DNA from: Truepera sp.
GTDB lineage: Bacteria > Deinococcota > Deinococci > Deinococcales > Trueperaceae
NCBI GenBank assembly: GCA_965218435.1
Contig: CBDCKW010000009.1
Location: 64,001 to 128,000, forward strand
Length of the DNA stretch: 64,000 nucleotides
Direction of reading: 5' to 3'
Below are positions 40,312-50,240 of this stretch, one piece after another; the stretch's first letter is position 1, and the number at the start of each line of letters is the position of its first letter. The notes beneath the pieces are model-generated. The model saw only the letters and a list, made by a program, of their open reading frames with translations, ran no database searches and was not told the origin of the DNA. Made by a program: the position numbers and the translations under genes.

Positions 40312-41003
40312 AACTCACCAGCTTCACTGACTAGCTTCTCGGTAACATGGTTGGGGTCAGTAACCGAAAGGATGCCTCCCTCGAGGCTCAATACCCGGTC
40401 GGCGAAGCGGGCGCTGCGCCCCAGTTCATGTGAGGCCATCATCACCGTTTTACCCGCAGCTTTAGCCTCCAAGAGAAGCGTATCAATCAGCTCACGTCCG
40501 GCTTCGTCCAGCGCGGTGTAGGGTTCATCTAACAGCCACAGGTCAGCGTCAGCCAGCAAGAGACGTGCGATTCCAAGGCGTTTTTTCATCCCGCTCGAGA
40601 AGGTTCGTACCAACTTGTCGCGGGCGCTGAGTAAGCCGACGCGCCCCAGATACGCGTCCAATTCAACTTGTTTGCCGTAAAGTTTAGCTGCTAACGCTAG
40701 ATTCTCACGGGCGCTCAGTGCCCCATAAGCGCCACCGAAGACGCTCAAGTAGGCAATCCGCTCGCGGATACGGTGTGCGTCCCGCACAAGGTCAAAGCCC
40801 AACATGCGCCCACCGCCTCTACTCGGTCTGAGCCGCGTCGAAAGAACGCGTAAAAGCGTCGTTTTACCCGCGCCGTTACCGCCGCGCAGCACGAGCGTCC
40901 GCCCAGCCGTGACTTTCAGATTGACGCCGCGCAGGACGTACGCCGCGCCGTAACGCCGTGCTAAATCGTTTAGGTCAATTGCCAACGGCTGAGTCTGCGT
41001 CAC
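40299..41003 (-). CDS. ccmA: Heme exporter ATPase CcmA
   Basis: GGNGAGKT, FSSGMKKR, LLDEP. Confidence 0.92.
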   Translation of the reverse strand: MTQTQPLAIDLNDLARRYGAAYVLRGVNLKVTAGRTLVLRGGNGAGKTTLLRVLSTRLRPSRGGGRMLGFDLVRDAHRIRERIAYLSVFGGAYGALSARENLALAAKLYGKQVELDAYLGRVGLLSARDKLVRTFSSGMKKRLGIARLLLADADLWLLDEPYTALDEAGRELIDTLLLEAKAAGKTVMMASHELGRSARFADRVLSLEGGILSVTDPNHVTEKLVSEAGELCLN

Positions 41004-41710
41004 AAGCGGCTCCAGAGCCAGTCGGGGGTGTAGCGAATCAGCGTGCCGTTAAGCGTCGTATAGGTACCGGTCAAGAGCATCACGCCCGCTGCAATTAAGA
41101 TAATGCCGGAAACGCGCTCGACCCACGGTAAATAATGTCGAAAACGGCCTAGAGCCCGTGTAAACGACCCCAGCATCACGGCTGCTGCTACAAAAGGTAC
41201 GGCCAATCCGAGTGCGTAACAGGCCAAGAGCGTCACCCCTTGCCCGAGCTGACCCGAAGTTCCCGCAATCGTCAGGACGCCGCCCAGCACAGGCCCGATA
41301 CACGGCGTCCAACCTGCAGCAAACGCCATCCCCAAAAGCACCGCGCCGATGGGCGTCTGCGTTTCACCAGCAAAGCGCACCCTCGCTTCGCGCTGCAACA
41401 AGTTGCTCAAAAAAGGTACTCGCACGCCCAACATCACCACGCCGAAAAAAACGATCAGCACGCCGCCTAAAAGCGTCAGTTCGCGGCGGTAAGCACTTAA
41501 TAGCCCCCCAAGCAAACTTGCCGAAGCGCCCAGCCCGACAAAGATGAGTGAAAAACCCAGCACAAAAAACAAGCTGCTCCGGACAACCCGTCCACGCGCC
41601 GCCCCGACGCCGCCGACATACGCTAGGTAAGAAGGAACGAGCGGCAGTACGCACGGCGACAAAAATGACAGCACGCCAGCGGTAAAAGCGAGGGGCAAGG
41701 TGGGGGTCAC
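41000..41710 (-). CDS. ccdA: Cytochrome c biogenesis protein CcdA
   Basis: SFLSPCVLPL, GWTPCIGP. Confidence 0.93.
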   Translation of the reverse strand: MTPTLPLAFTAGVLSFLSPCVLPLVPSYLAYVGGVGAARGRVVRSSLFFVLGFSLIFVGLGASASLLGGLLSAYRRELTLLGGVLIVFFGVVMLGVRVPFLSNLLQREARVRFAGETQTPIGAVLLGMAFAAGWTPCIGPVLGGVLTIAGTSGQLGQGVTLLACYALGLAVPFVAAAVMLGSFTRALGRFRHYLPWVERVSGIILIAAGVMLLTGTYTTLNGTLIRYTPDWLWSRL

Positions 41711-41846
41711 AAAAACTCCGGGGGCACAGGGTCTCTAAGTATACGCGCCGGGTATGAATGTTCCCTACGGACATTTGTCCTCATAAATGGCTGAACTGAG
41801 CGTAACTTTAGTGCGGACGTAGGCTAAAGATGTGTGCGCATAAGGG

Positions 41847-41876
41847 TTGACACCACTTAGGCACGCTTCATATACT
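41847..41876 (+). promoter_or_regulatory. Sigma70 promoter of the tRNA operon
   Basis: TTGACA-18 nt-TATACT, 13 nt upstream of tRNA-Lys. Confidence 0.8.
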
Positions 41877-41889
41877 GACAAACGCTGTT

Positions 41890-41965
<76 letters not shown>

Positions 41966-41966
41966 A

Positions 41967-42041
41967 GGCTCCTTCGACTAGCGGTCAGGTCACCACTCTT
42001 TCACAGTGGCGACACGGGTTCGAATCCCGTAGGAGTCACCA
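41967..42041 (+). tRNA. tRNA-Glu(TTC)
   Basis: CCACT-CTTTCAC-AGTGG anticodon arm, GGTTCGAATC, CCA end. Confidence 0.96.
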
Positions 42042-42174
42042 GCAGACGGCGTTGGTATCACCTTGGGGTGGTACCAGCTTCTTTTAAGAGGTACTAGAAA
42101 GACCGGCGTCAACAACAAATTGAAGTCCGGTAGTCTATCAGTGAGTGCTTAGACTAGTTGCTGATACCAACCTT

Positions 42175-42250
42175 GGGCGATTAGCTCAGCTGGAAGAGCG
42201 CTTCCCTTACAAGGAAGATGTCGGGGGTTCGAGCCCCTCATCGCCCACCA
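42175..42250 (+). tRNA. tRNA-Val(TAC)
   Basis: CTTCC-CTTACAA-GGAAG anticodon arm, CCA end. Confidence 0.96.
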
Positions 42251-42271
42251 AGAAAAGACAGTCAGAGACGC

Positions 42272-42309
42272 AAAAAGAAGCCCCGCATAGTAGCGGGGTA
42301 GCTCTTTTG
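42272..42309 (+). terminator. Terminator after the tRNA operon
   Basis: CCCCGC-ATAGTA-GCGGGG then CTCTTTT. Confidence 0.6.
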
Positions 42310-42727
42310 TAGGTCAGGTTGCACCTACGGGATTTTTAGTTCGCGGTTGACGGGTCACTTTTGGGTAAGAAGTCGAGAAGTGAGACTGCGGCGTTGACGC
42401 GCTGCTCTTTGAAAAAATCGTGTAGACATCTAAAGATGCGTGTACACATCTAAGGTGAATGAGGCTCGAGCATGTCTCAAGCGGTCTGCTAAGACCTTTG
42501 GATCAACACCGCGACGGATTGCCGTAAAAGCATGAAGTGTCTTTAGCGTAAAAAAGCTGTCCGGCAAACACTTTCTTAAATCAGCCCTGAGGCTGCTGAA
42601 CTGTTAGTGCTGTACTTAAGCTTCAGCGCAAACCTGCGTCGGCCTATCATCTTGTGACATCAAGATACGCTGCGTTACGCCTTTCTTTGGGGACAGTGAG
42701 CAAATGATTTACGAAGCAGCTTGGGCG

Positions 42728-43663
42728 CTACCAAGGTAGCGGGTCATTTTTTAGCTCGAGCTCCCAAAAGCTATCGATCTTTTTGACGACTTCAGGCGGC
42801 AGTTCTGCCCCGGCTGCTGCAGCGTTATCCAGAACTTGGCTACCTGTTTTAGCTCCGGCAATCACGGTTGACACTCCCGGTTGAGCCAACACATATTGCA
42901 GCGCCGCGTGGGTCAGTGACCTGTCCGGCGGTAGTAGCGCCGTTAGTTGCTCGACTAACGCGGCCCGGCGGGCGATAATCTCGGGTGACCAGCGGCGGCG
43001 CACGCCTTCAAACTGACTGTCACGCCGGTATTTGCCGGACAACCAGCCGGAATCGAGCGGAACTTTAGCGATTAGGCCGACGCCATGCTCTTGCGCTTTG
43101 CGAAAGCTCGCCTTCGGTTCTTGGTGAAAGATATTGAACAACACCTCGATCACACTGCTTGCCGTCGTCTCTAAAACTGTCTCGAGGTCTCTACTGTAAT
43201 CAGCCGAAACACCATACGCGCGTACCTTGCCCTCAGTTTTGAGGCGCTCCAACTCCTCGTAGTGCGGCGCGTGGTTTCCGTCCAGCAGCTCAGCAGGTGG
43301 GCTGTGGAGCAGATAAACGTCAAGATAATCCGTCTGTAAGCGTTCTAAGCTGGCCTCGAGCGACGTCCGAATGGCTGACACGCTGAAATCTGTTTTGCCT
43401 TCGGGCGAATGGCCGAACTTGCTGCAGATGCTTACGCGCTCACGGACGGGCCGGAGCACCTCGCCGAGCAGCGTTTCGCTCCGGCCTGCGCCGTAACCCG
43501 GGGCCGTGTCGAAGAAGTTGCAACCGGAGTCTAAGGCTTGTTCGATCACCTGCCGCGCTTCGTCGGGGTCGTGTACACCCCAGTCGGCGTTGGCGAGTTG
43601 CCAAGCACCCAAACCTACTTCACTGACCGAGATACCGGTTGCACCTAAAGGACGTTGGTTCAT
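42728..43663 (-). CDS. Aldo/keto reductase
   Basis: GLGAW, FDTAPGYG, SLERLQTDYLDVYLLH. Confidence 0.93.
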   Translation of the reverse strand: MNQRPLGATGISVSEVGLGAWQLANADWGVHDPDEARQVIEQALDSGCNFFDTAPGYGAGRSETLLGEVLRPVRERVSICSKFGHSPEGKTDFSVSAIRTSLEASLERLQTDYLDVYLLHSPPAELLDGNHAPHYEELERLKTEGKVRAYGVSADYSRDLETVLETTASSVIEVLFNIFHQEPKASFRKAQEHGVGLIAKVPLDSGWLSGKYRRDSQFEGVRRRWSPEIIARRAALVEQLTALLPPDRSLTHAALQYVLAQPGVSTVIAGAKTGSQVLDNAAAAGAELPPEVVKKIDSFWELELKNDPLPW

Positions 43664-43755
43664 TATCTTCCAATCTTTGTAGCGATCCTCAGCTTAACGC
43701 AGGTTGTTACGTTTAAGCCTGAGCGTGGGTTTGGGTAAGCTCATCATGAAAGCAT

Positions 43756-45219
43756 TTACGGCGTGACTGACGCTGGAAACTGAGGAGGTTGTCTCACTTT
43801 CGTCACCTGTTCGAAAGCAAAGGCGAGTTTAAGCAGGGTAGGCTCCTGATACGCCGTGCTAAAAAAAGAGATACCAATCGGTAGTCCCCTAACAAACCCG
43901 GCAGGTACGGTGAGGTTCGGATAACCTGCTACTGCGGCCGGGGTTGAGCTGCCGCCTGAAACATGGTCGCCGTTAATCAGGTCGGTAGTCCACGCGGGGC
44001 CGTTGGTCGGGGCGACGATGGCCTCGAGCCCATGCTCTTTAAGCGTAGCGTCAATCCCCTCAGTACGTGCCAAACGATGGTTACGGGCTAACGCCTCCAA
44101 GTAAGCAGGTTCGCTTAGCGGCCCTTTAGACTGCGCTTGGATGAGAAACTCCTGCCCAAAGTAGGGCATCACGTGTTCAGCGTGTCTTTCGTTAAAGGCG
44201 ATGACATCCTCTAACGACCGTACCGGCGCGTCAGGTCCCAAGCCCTGCAAACAGGCGTTGAGACCGGCCTTAAATTCGTAGAGCAGAACTTCAAACTCAC
44301 TCTCGCTGTAAGCTGCGCCGGACTCCAGGTCAACGTCAACAAGCTCAGCGCCTTCTGAACGCAGCACTGCCAGCGCCTCTTCGATCACCGCGTCTACGCG
44401 GTCGTGAAAGCCGAAAAAGCTGCGAGCAACGCCGATACGCGCACCCCTAAGGCCGTCAGCAGCTAGAAACCGGGTGTAATCGGTTGCCTTATTTGCGTCA
44501 GTGTCTGATAGTGCGCTGAGCAAGATAGCGGCGTCCGTCACGCTGCGCGTCATCGGTCCGGCGGTGTCTTGCGAGTGAGCAATCGGAATGATGCCACTGC
44601 CACTTACCAAGCCAACGGTAGGTTTAAGGCCCACCACGCCGTTGACCCCGGCAGGGCAGGTGATAGACCCGTCCGTCTCAGTGCCAATCGCGGCGGCGCA
44701 GAGATTGGCCGAGACCGCGACACCCGAACCCGACGACGAGCCACACGGGTTTCTATCAAGCGCGTAAGGGTTTTTCGTCTGTCCGCCGCGACTGCTCCAA
44801 CCGCTGCTCGAGCGTGGTGAACGAAAGTTCGCCCACTCGCTCAGGTTCGTTTTACCGAGAATCACCGCGCCCGCGTTGCGCAAGTTCGATACCAAAGGTG
44901 CGTCTTGCTTGGGCCTCGAGCCTTCTAAAGCTAACGAACCCGCTGTCGTCATCATCTTGTCAGCCGTGTCAATATTGTCTTTTAGCATGACTGGGATGCC
45001 GTGAAGCGGGCCACGTGCCCCACTTTCGCGGCGTTCTTGGTCGAGGGCGGCGGCAATCTGAAGGGCGTCGGGGTTAAGTTCAATTACAGCGTTAAGGGTT
45101 GGGCCTTGGCGGTCGTAGTGCTCGGTACGTTCAAGGTAAGACTCAGCCAGCGAATAGGCCGTCGCTTCACCGGAAATCATCAGGGCCTGAAGCTCATGGA
45201 TACTCAGCTCGTTCATCAT
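43756..45219 (-). CDS. Amidase (amidase-signature family)
   Basis: GPLHGIP.MLKD, GSSSGS, GTETDGS. Confidence 0.94.
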   Translation of the reverse strand: MMNELSIHELQALMISGEATAYSLAESYLERTEHYDRQGPTLNAVIELNPDALQIAAALDQERRESGARGPLHGIPVMLKDNIDTADKMMTTAGSLALEGSRPKQDAPLVSNLRNAGAVILGKTNLSEWANFRSPRSSSGWSSRGGQTKNPYALDRNPCGSSSGSGVAVSANLCAAAIGTETDGSITCPAGVNGVVGLKPTVGLVSGSGIIPIAHSQDTAGPMTRSVTDAAILLSALSDTDANKATDYTRFLAADGLRGARIGVARSFFGFHDRVDAVIEEALAVLRSEGAELVDVDLESGAAYSESEFEVLLYEFKAGLNACLQGLGPDAPVRSLEDVIAFNERHAEHVMPYFGQEFLIQAQSKGPLSEPAYLEALARNHRLARTEGIDATLKEHGLEAIVAPTNGPAWTTDLINGDHVSGGSSTPAAVAGYPNLTVPAGFVRGLPIGISFFSTAYQEPTLLKLAFAFEQVTKVRQPPQFPASVTP

Positions 45220-45233
45220 CCGACTCTACCGCT

Positions 45234-45520
45234 TCACGTCTTGTGCCGTTCGTTTTGTTGGTCGGGCCACCGCTCTTGACGAACCGGCAAGCGGTTGAGT
45301 TACCGCTGGTAAAAGGTCCGGTCCGGCATAAACTGATCTATCAAGGCGACAAAGCGGCTATGCGTGGCCTCGAGCAACTGCACCAGCTCGTGCAGCAAGA
45401 CGTACTCGAGGCACCCCTTCAGTTTTTTGGCTAAGTCCGTACTAAGCCTGATGCTCTTCCTAGCCGGGCTACAACTACCCCATTTTGTCTTCATCCGCCG
45501 GACAAAGAACGTTTTGACTA
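45234..45520 (-). pseudogene. 3' remnant of an M48/YgjP (DUF45) metallopeptidase-like gene
   Basis: MKTKWGSC..IRLSTDLAKK..LEYVLLHELVQLLE (HExxH decayed); internal TAA at 45300, then LNRLPVRQERW; 5' part missing. Confidence 0.75.
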
Positions 45521-45536
45521 TCCCAGCCCGCTAGTT

Positions 45537-45749
45537 CAAGCTATGCCCTTTAGGGCAAGACTTTAGTTGCTACTCATCTCTAAAGAGGTGACCGCGTTGA
45601 AAAACAAAGTAGTTCCACTATGTCGTCACCCACCGACGATAGAACCAACCTGTGCCGCGAGGTGCGAGAAGAAAAGGGCGCTATTCGAGCATGAGTCGGG
45701 ACTTTAGTCCAACTCAAACCTATGTACTTTCAGTGCATAGGTTGTTTAG
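45537..45749. mobile_element. Putative non-autonomous IS200/IS605-family remnant (both end hairpins, no ORF)
   Basis: CAAGCTATGCCCTTTAGGGCA at left and AAACCTATGTACTTTCAGTGCATAGGTTGTTTAG at right resemble IS200/IS605 subterminal hairpins. Confidence 0.5.
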
Positions 45750-46447
45750 TTCAACCTTTAACCGTGGCTGCCATTTGGCGATAAGTTCCGGTACTATATC
45801 TTTAAGTTGTTCCCGGTGCTAGGTCCCGAGTCCTTCCGCACGTTTGGCCTGTGGGAACGACAGCCTGAGCCGGAGGGATAGGGATAAAGGTTGCTGTCCT
45901 AGCACAGCCCCGGCATAGGTCACCCGTATTCTGAGCACCGATGAGGAAAACGCCCGGAGCAGGCGTGGGGGACGCTACCGGCTCACTCCTGAAATAGTTT
46001 TTGAGCACTTCAGGTGTTATCTGCGGTAAACGACAGACAAAAGATGCTGACTGCAAAGTTGTACGTTTTTTTACACTAAGGTGTCCGGCGGTTTGTTAGC
46101 CTTCGTTAACCTACTGCCGGGAGCAACCTATGGAGCAGCAATAATTCACCGGGTTCTGCTGACCTTCTAAGCTTAGCGAGAGCTAGCAGCGTGAAGTATG
46201 AAAGTAAGACTTAGACAGCAAGGAGCAGAAAAGTGATAGCTAAACAACGAAACCAGCGTCTCTCACGTACTTAAAGCATAACAAGCGCGAACGTCAATAC
46301 AACCCGGTTTTGGCGTTTCCTTCCGAACAGTTTGGTAACGCCTTGCAGCATATGTTCTGCGGCATAGGTATAGCAGGGCTTACGCCACCGCGCTACGCCA
46401 CACTTGTACGTCACACCTATATTACGTCACATCCAGAGGAGTCCAAG

Positions 46448-48292
46448 ATGACCGGTTCACATCCTTTACCACCTCGCAGTTTTCAAAGTCGCCGCTGGTA
46501 CGCGGCAGCGTTAGGTGCGCTGCTGACTCTAGCCGCCTGTTCACAATCTGCGCCTCAGAGTCAGGAAGACTCTAATACAGCCGAACAGAGCGAGACGCAA
46601 AGCGTCCTCTTTTTGCAGGCTGTCAACGACCTTTCCGACCTCACTTGGACGCGCGCCACGAACGGCTTGGGGCCGGTAGAAAAAGACACGAGTAGCGGCG
46701 GGAGAGCTGCCGCTGACGGGACGACGCTGACGATGGGCGGCGTCCGCTACGTGCGCGGTTTAGGCGTTCATGCGAATTCGACCTTGGTCTACACCCTAGG
46801 TGGTGCTTGCACCCGCTTGACGGCTCAAGTCGGTGTTGACGACGAGGTCGGTAGTCGCGGCTCGGTTATCTTTCGCGTCTACGCCGACGGCCAAAAATTG
46901 TACGGCTCGGGTACCCTGACCGGCGCAAATTCGGCCAAAAGACTCGAGGTCGACGTTACCGGTAAGCAGCAGCTCAAGCTGGTGGTTACGGACGCAGGCA
47001 ACGGCGTCAGTTACGATCATGCGGATTGGGCGAGTCCTCAGCTCGAGTGTCAATCTCAAACCGACCCTAACCCACCGGGAACGCCGCAAACTGTAACCGT
47101 AAAAGTACCGTCAGGTCTTGGGAGTGCGCCTTTTGATCGCCCACGTACCCTCAAGGTACCTGCAGGTTTTGGCGTCTCGGTCTATGTGCGCATCACCAAG
47201 GCCCGCTTTATGCAGCCGCTGCCGAACGGCGACTTGCTGGTGTCGCAGCCGTCTACCGGTAAGGTGCTGCTCGTCCGGCCCGGTAAGGACGGCGCGGGCG
47301 TCGTAACTACCTTCGCCTCCGGCCTTAAAAATCCGCACGATCTGGTGCTGCACGCGGTCTCGGGTGTCAGCTACTTGTATCTGTCCGAAAGTAGCCGCGT
47401 CACACGCTCGGTATACGAGAACGGCGACACGGTTCGGCGCGGTGCTCAGACGGTGGTGGCTAATCTGCCCGACTCGAGCACCCCGGAACTCAAGGGGGCT
47501 TACGCGCACGCCCTTAAAAACATCGCGCTGGGACCGGACCATAAGCTCTATGTGTCGGTGGCGTCGGCGACCAACCAGAGCCCTACGGATGTGACCGCCG
47601 CGTTTAAGCGCGCCGCTATCTATCAGTACAACGCCGACGGTAGCGGGGGGCGGCTGTTCGCCGAGGGTATCCGCAACGCCGAGGGATTGGCTTTTGCACC
47701 CAACAGCAGTGCGCTGTGGGTGGTTGTGAATAACCGCGACAACATCGCCTACCCGTTTCACAACGACTGGCAAAACGACGGCACCGGCGACGATTACGGT
47801 GAGGTCATTCAAAGCTACGTGGACAACCATCCGCCGGAAGAGTTTATCAAGGTGCGAGACGGCGGCAATTATGGCTGGCCGTACTGCAACCCTAATCCCG
47901 ATTCGGGCTTGAACGACATGCCTTTTGACCGCGACGTGCAAAATAACCCCGACGGCTCCAAGTTAGATTGCAGCAACGCTGACCGGATCACGAAGGGGAT
48001 TCAGGCGCATTCTGCGCCGCTGGGCCTAAGTTTCTGGAAGGGCGGCGCGGTGGCAGCTCTGCACGGCTGTTGGAACTGCTCGAGGTTCATCGGCCACAAG
48101 ATAAGCTATTTTCCTTGGACGGCTGCCGGTTTACCCAGTGCCGAACAAGATTTGGTAAGCGGTTGGGTTACCGACGCGGCGAACAAAGAACGTTGGGGCC
48201 GTCCGGTAGACGTCGTACCCGACGCTGCGGGCAACCTGCTGATCTCCGACGATTATGCCCACGCTATCTATAAGCTCAGTCCGAACAGGTAG
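46448..48292 (+). CDS. Lipoprotein with an NPCBM/NEW2 carbohydrate-binding domain and a glucose/sorbosone dehydrogenase-like propeller
   Basis: LAAC lipobox; GLGVHA..GVDDE..DHADW; GIRNAEG, YGWPYC, HSAPLG, GRPVDV; SD GAGGAG before ATG 46448. Confidence 0.85.
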   Translation: MTGSHPLPPRSFQSRRWYAAALGALLTLAACSQSAPQSQEDSNTAEQSETQSVLFLQAVNDLSDLTWTRATNGLGPVEKDTSSGGRAAADGTTLTMGGVRYVRGLGVHANSTLVYTLGGACTRLTAQVGVDDEVGSRGSVIFRVYADGQKLYGSGTLTGANSAKRLEVDVTGKQQLKLVVTDAGNGVSYDHADWASPQLECQSQTDPNPPGTPQTVTVKVPSGLGSAPFDRPRTLKVPAGFGVSVYVRITKARFMQPLPNGDLLVSQPSTGKVLLVRPGKDGAGVVTTFASGLKNPHDLVLHAVSGVSYLYLSESSRVTRSVYENGDTVRRGAQTVVANLPDSSTPELKGAYAHALKNIALGPDHKLYVSVASATNQSPTDVTAAFKRAAIYQYNADGSGGRLFAEGIRNAEGLAFAPNSSALWVVVNNRDNIAYPFHNDWQNDGTGDDYGEVIQSYVDNHPPEEFIKVRDGGNYGWPYCNPNPDSGLNDMPFDRDVQNNPDGSKLDCSNADRITKGIQAHSAPLGLSFWKGGAVAALHGCWNCSRFIGHKISYFPWTAAGLPSAEQDLVSGWVTDAANKERWGRPVDVVPDAAGNLLISDDYAHAIYKLSPNR

Positions 48293-48373
48293 CGCGAGTA
48301 GCCTTGTAGGTCTTTTACACCTGACCGGGTGTCTTTCCTAAAGTTTTGGGCTCGAGTTACCGATGGAGGAAAG

Positions 48374-48702
48374 GTGAAGCGTGGTGATATTTACCGCGTA
48401 GACTGGGAAACCAGCATCAAAGGTGAGCCTGCTTTTAGCAGACCTGCTGTCATCTTGACAAACAATGATGCTAACAACCACCTACCTCATCTGGTAGTTG
48501 CCCCTATTACCAGCATACGCGCCTTTACCCCTTCGACGTTTTGCTGCCGGTCGCAGGTTGTGGGCTTAAAGAAAGCAGCAAAGTACAGCTCAACTATGTG
48601 CGTGGGCTCAACCGAACACCTTTAACGGGCTATCTGGGGTCACTCACCGAGGCGTTGCGGCTCGAGCTTGACGAAAAGTTACGGACTCACTTAGGGCTGT
48701 GA
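48374..48702 (+). pseudogene. Frameshifted PemK/MazF toxin
   Basis: MKRGDIY..GEPAFSRPAVILTNN..VVAPITS, shift near 48515, then RLYPFDVLL..GLKESSKVQ..LDEKLRTHLGL in another frame. Confidence 0.85.
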
Positions 48703-49141
48703 GCCTGGGCGACGCTCTGCCCTAAGCGTCCGTTTTGCCGCCGCACGGTACAACACGAGGTTGTGAATACGTCCCTGGCGGCGTCCTCGATATTTGTGGC
48801 AGCTCGAGGTATCTATAACTGAGGTCCCGTTCAATTCAGCGCCACTCAGATACTTTTGCAGCACATTTGAACAAATTCGGGAGCTTTGCTCAAAAGTAGG
48901 TCTGATTGGGTCTGATCGCGTAAGATACGCCAGCATCACGTAACACCCCAATTAAGGACATCAGTTACGACCGCTCGGACAGCCGGGATAGGCTCACCGG
49001 CAACGCTGCCGCAAACCTCGGTGAACGATGCGGCGCTTTTACCCCCGGCGGCTTTGGGTTACGCCGTTCAGCCCGAATCCGGATGTAGACCTGCTTTAAG
49101 GGGTCGTTTGTTACACTGGTTTGCGGAAAGGTGGAACCACG

Positions 49142-49999
49142 ATGAACGCAGAGCTTGTCGAACAGTTGCGGCGGACACAGCAAACGTTAGAACCTCGCGC
49201 CAAAGCACTGCGTAGCGCGGCGGGTGCGCTTAAGCAGGCGCTAAAGTTAGCCGGTGAAGACAAACCCGACGCCCTGCCGATGCAAAAGGCGCTGATCAAA
49301 CTGCAAGAGGCTGCCGAGGCCGTAGACGACGACACCCTACAGGAGGCCACCGGGCACTTCCAGGCTGAAACCGAAAAGGCTTTGGGTGCGCTGGCCTTCG
49401 AGTTTGCTAAAGACCTGCGTGAGGCGTTTACGGCGCGGGGGCTCGAGGTGACGGGTCGCCCTCCGATGTTGGCTGTCAGCGAGCTGGTGCTCGGTATCGA
49501 CACGGCGGCACGCAAGGCGGGGTGGTTTTACGGCAAAGAAGCCCTCACCCGCCCGCTCCCACTCTCGCTCAGCGCCGTCGTAGGAGCGTTCGAGGGGGAG
49601 CAGCGAACGATTCTGGCGCGTGAGCTGGACACTGAAGCGTTCTTGGGAGAACTTTATACGACCTGGACGCAGGTGCTTGAGGGTAAGAGCCGCCGACCTC
49701 AGGGGGGGCGGGTCAGCCTGATCGAGACGTACAGCAAACTGGTGCTGAACCGGCAGTCGGGCCGCTTTTGGAACGCACCGTCGCGCAGCACTTTTCGGGA
49801 CTACCCGCGTGCGCTGTTCGTACGCGACCTGGTGCTGGCGCAGCCCTCGCCCACGCTTACGGTGGGCGGTGAGCGGCAGCGGCTCTTTTTGGGCGTCGCT
49901 ACCAAAAGTCAGGCGGAGAGCTCGAGCCGCAGTCTCTGGGTACCGCAGGGACCATTTGAGGGCGGCTACTACGCGGATATCACCTTTGAACCGGTTTAA
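49142..49999 (+). CDS. Hypothetical protein (285 aa), first gene of the ATPase/helicase cluster
   Basis: SD GAAAGGTGG; TGT-TACACT extended -10 upstream; helical N-terminus; no family recognised. Confidence 0.8.
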   Translation: MNAELVEQLRRTQQTLEPRAKALRSAAGALKQALKLAGEDKPDALPMQKALIKLQEAAEAVDDDTLQEATGHFQAETEKALGALAFEFAKDLREAFTARGLEVTGRPPMLAVSELVLGIDTAARKAGWFYGKEALTRPLPLSLSAVVGAFEGEQRTILARELDTEAFLGELYTTWTQVLEGKSRRPQGGRVSLIETYSKLVLNRQSGRFWNAPSRSTFRDYPRALFVRDLVLAQPSPTLTVGGERQRLFLGVATKSQAESSSRSLWVPQGPFEGGYYADITFEPV

Positions 50000-50084
50000 G
50001 CGGTAACCTCAGTCGGCAGTGATTTTGGTCGGCAACGAGCTAAACCGTACCGGGTGGATATAATCGGCCCATGATGAACCTCGT

Positions 50085-50239
50085 CTTACGCACAAGCCGT
50101 CACACAAGGTATCAAAGGTACAGCAATGCCGAGCAGGGGAAACATAGAGCACAGAATGCTTGGTTGATGCTCCTTGCTGTATTCGCTGTTCCTTACGCGG
50201 TGACCCAAACCCGTCTACTGAGAACAAACCGCGTGTGAG
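50085..50239. repeat. Structured intergenic element, copy 1
   Basis: Shares CTTACGCACAAGCYGTCA..ACAGCAAT and CGTCTACYGAGAACAAACYGCGT with 53070-53330. Confidence 0.8.
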
Positions 50240-50240
50240 T

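Noticed and set aside
45802..46056. 84-aa ORF and other short or antisense ORFs in the track (e.g. 14785, 27240, 47111, 48691)
   Set aside because: No recognisable motifs or SD; most are shadows of real genes in GC-rich DNA.
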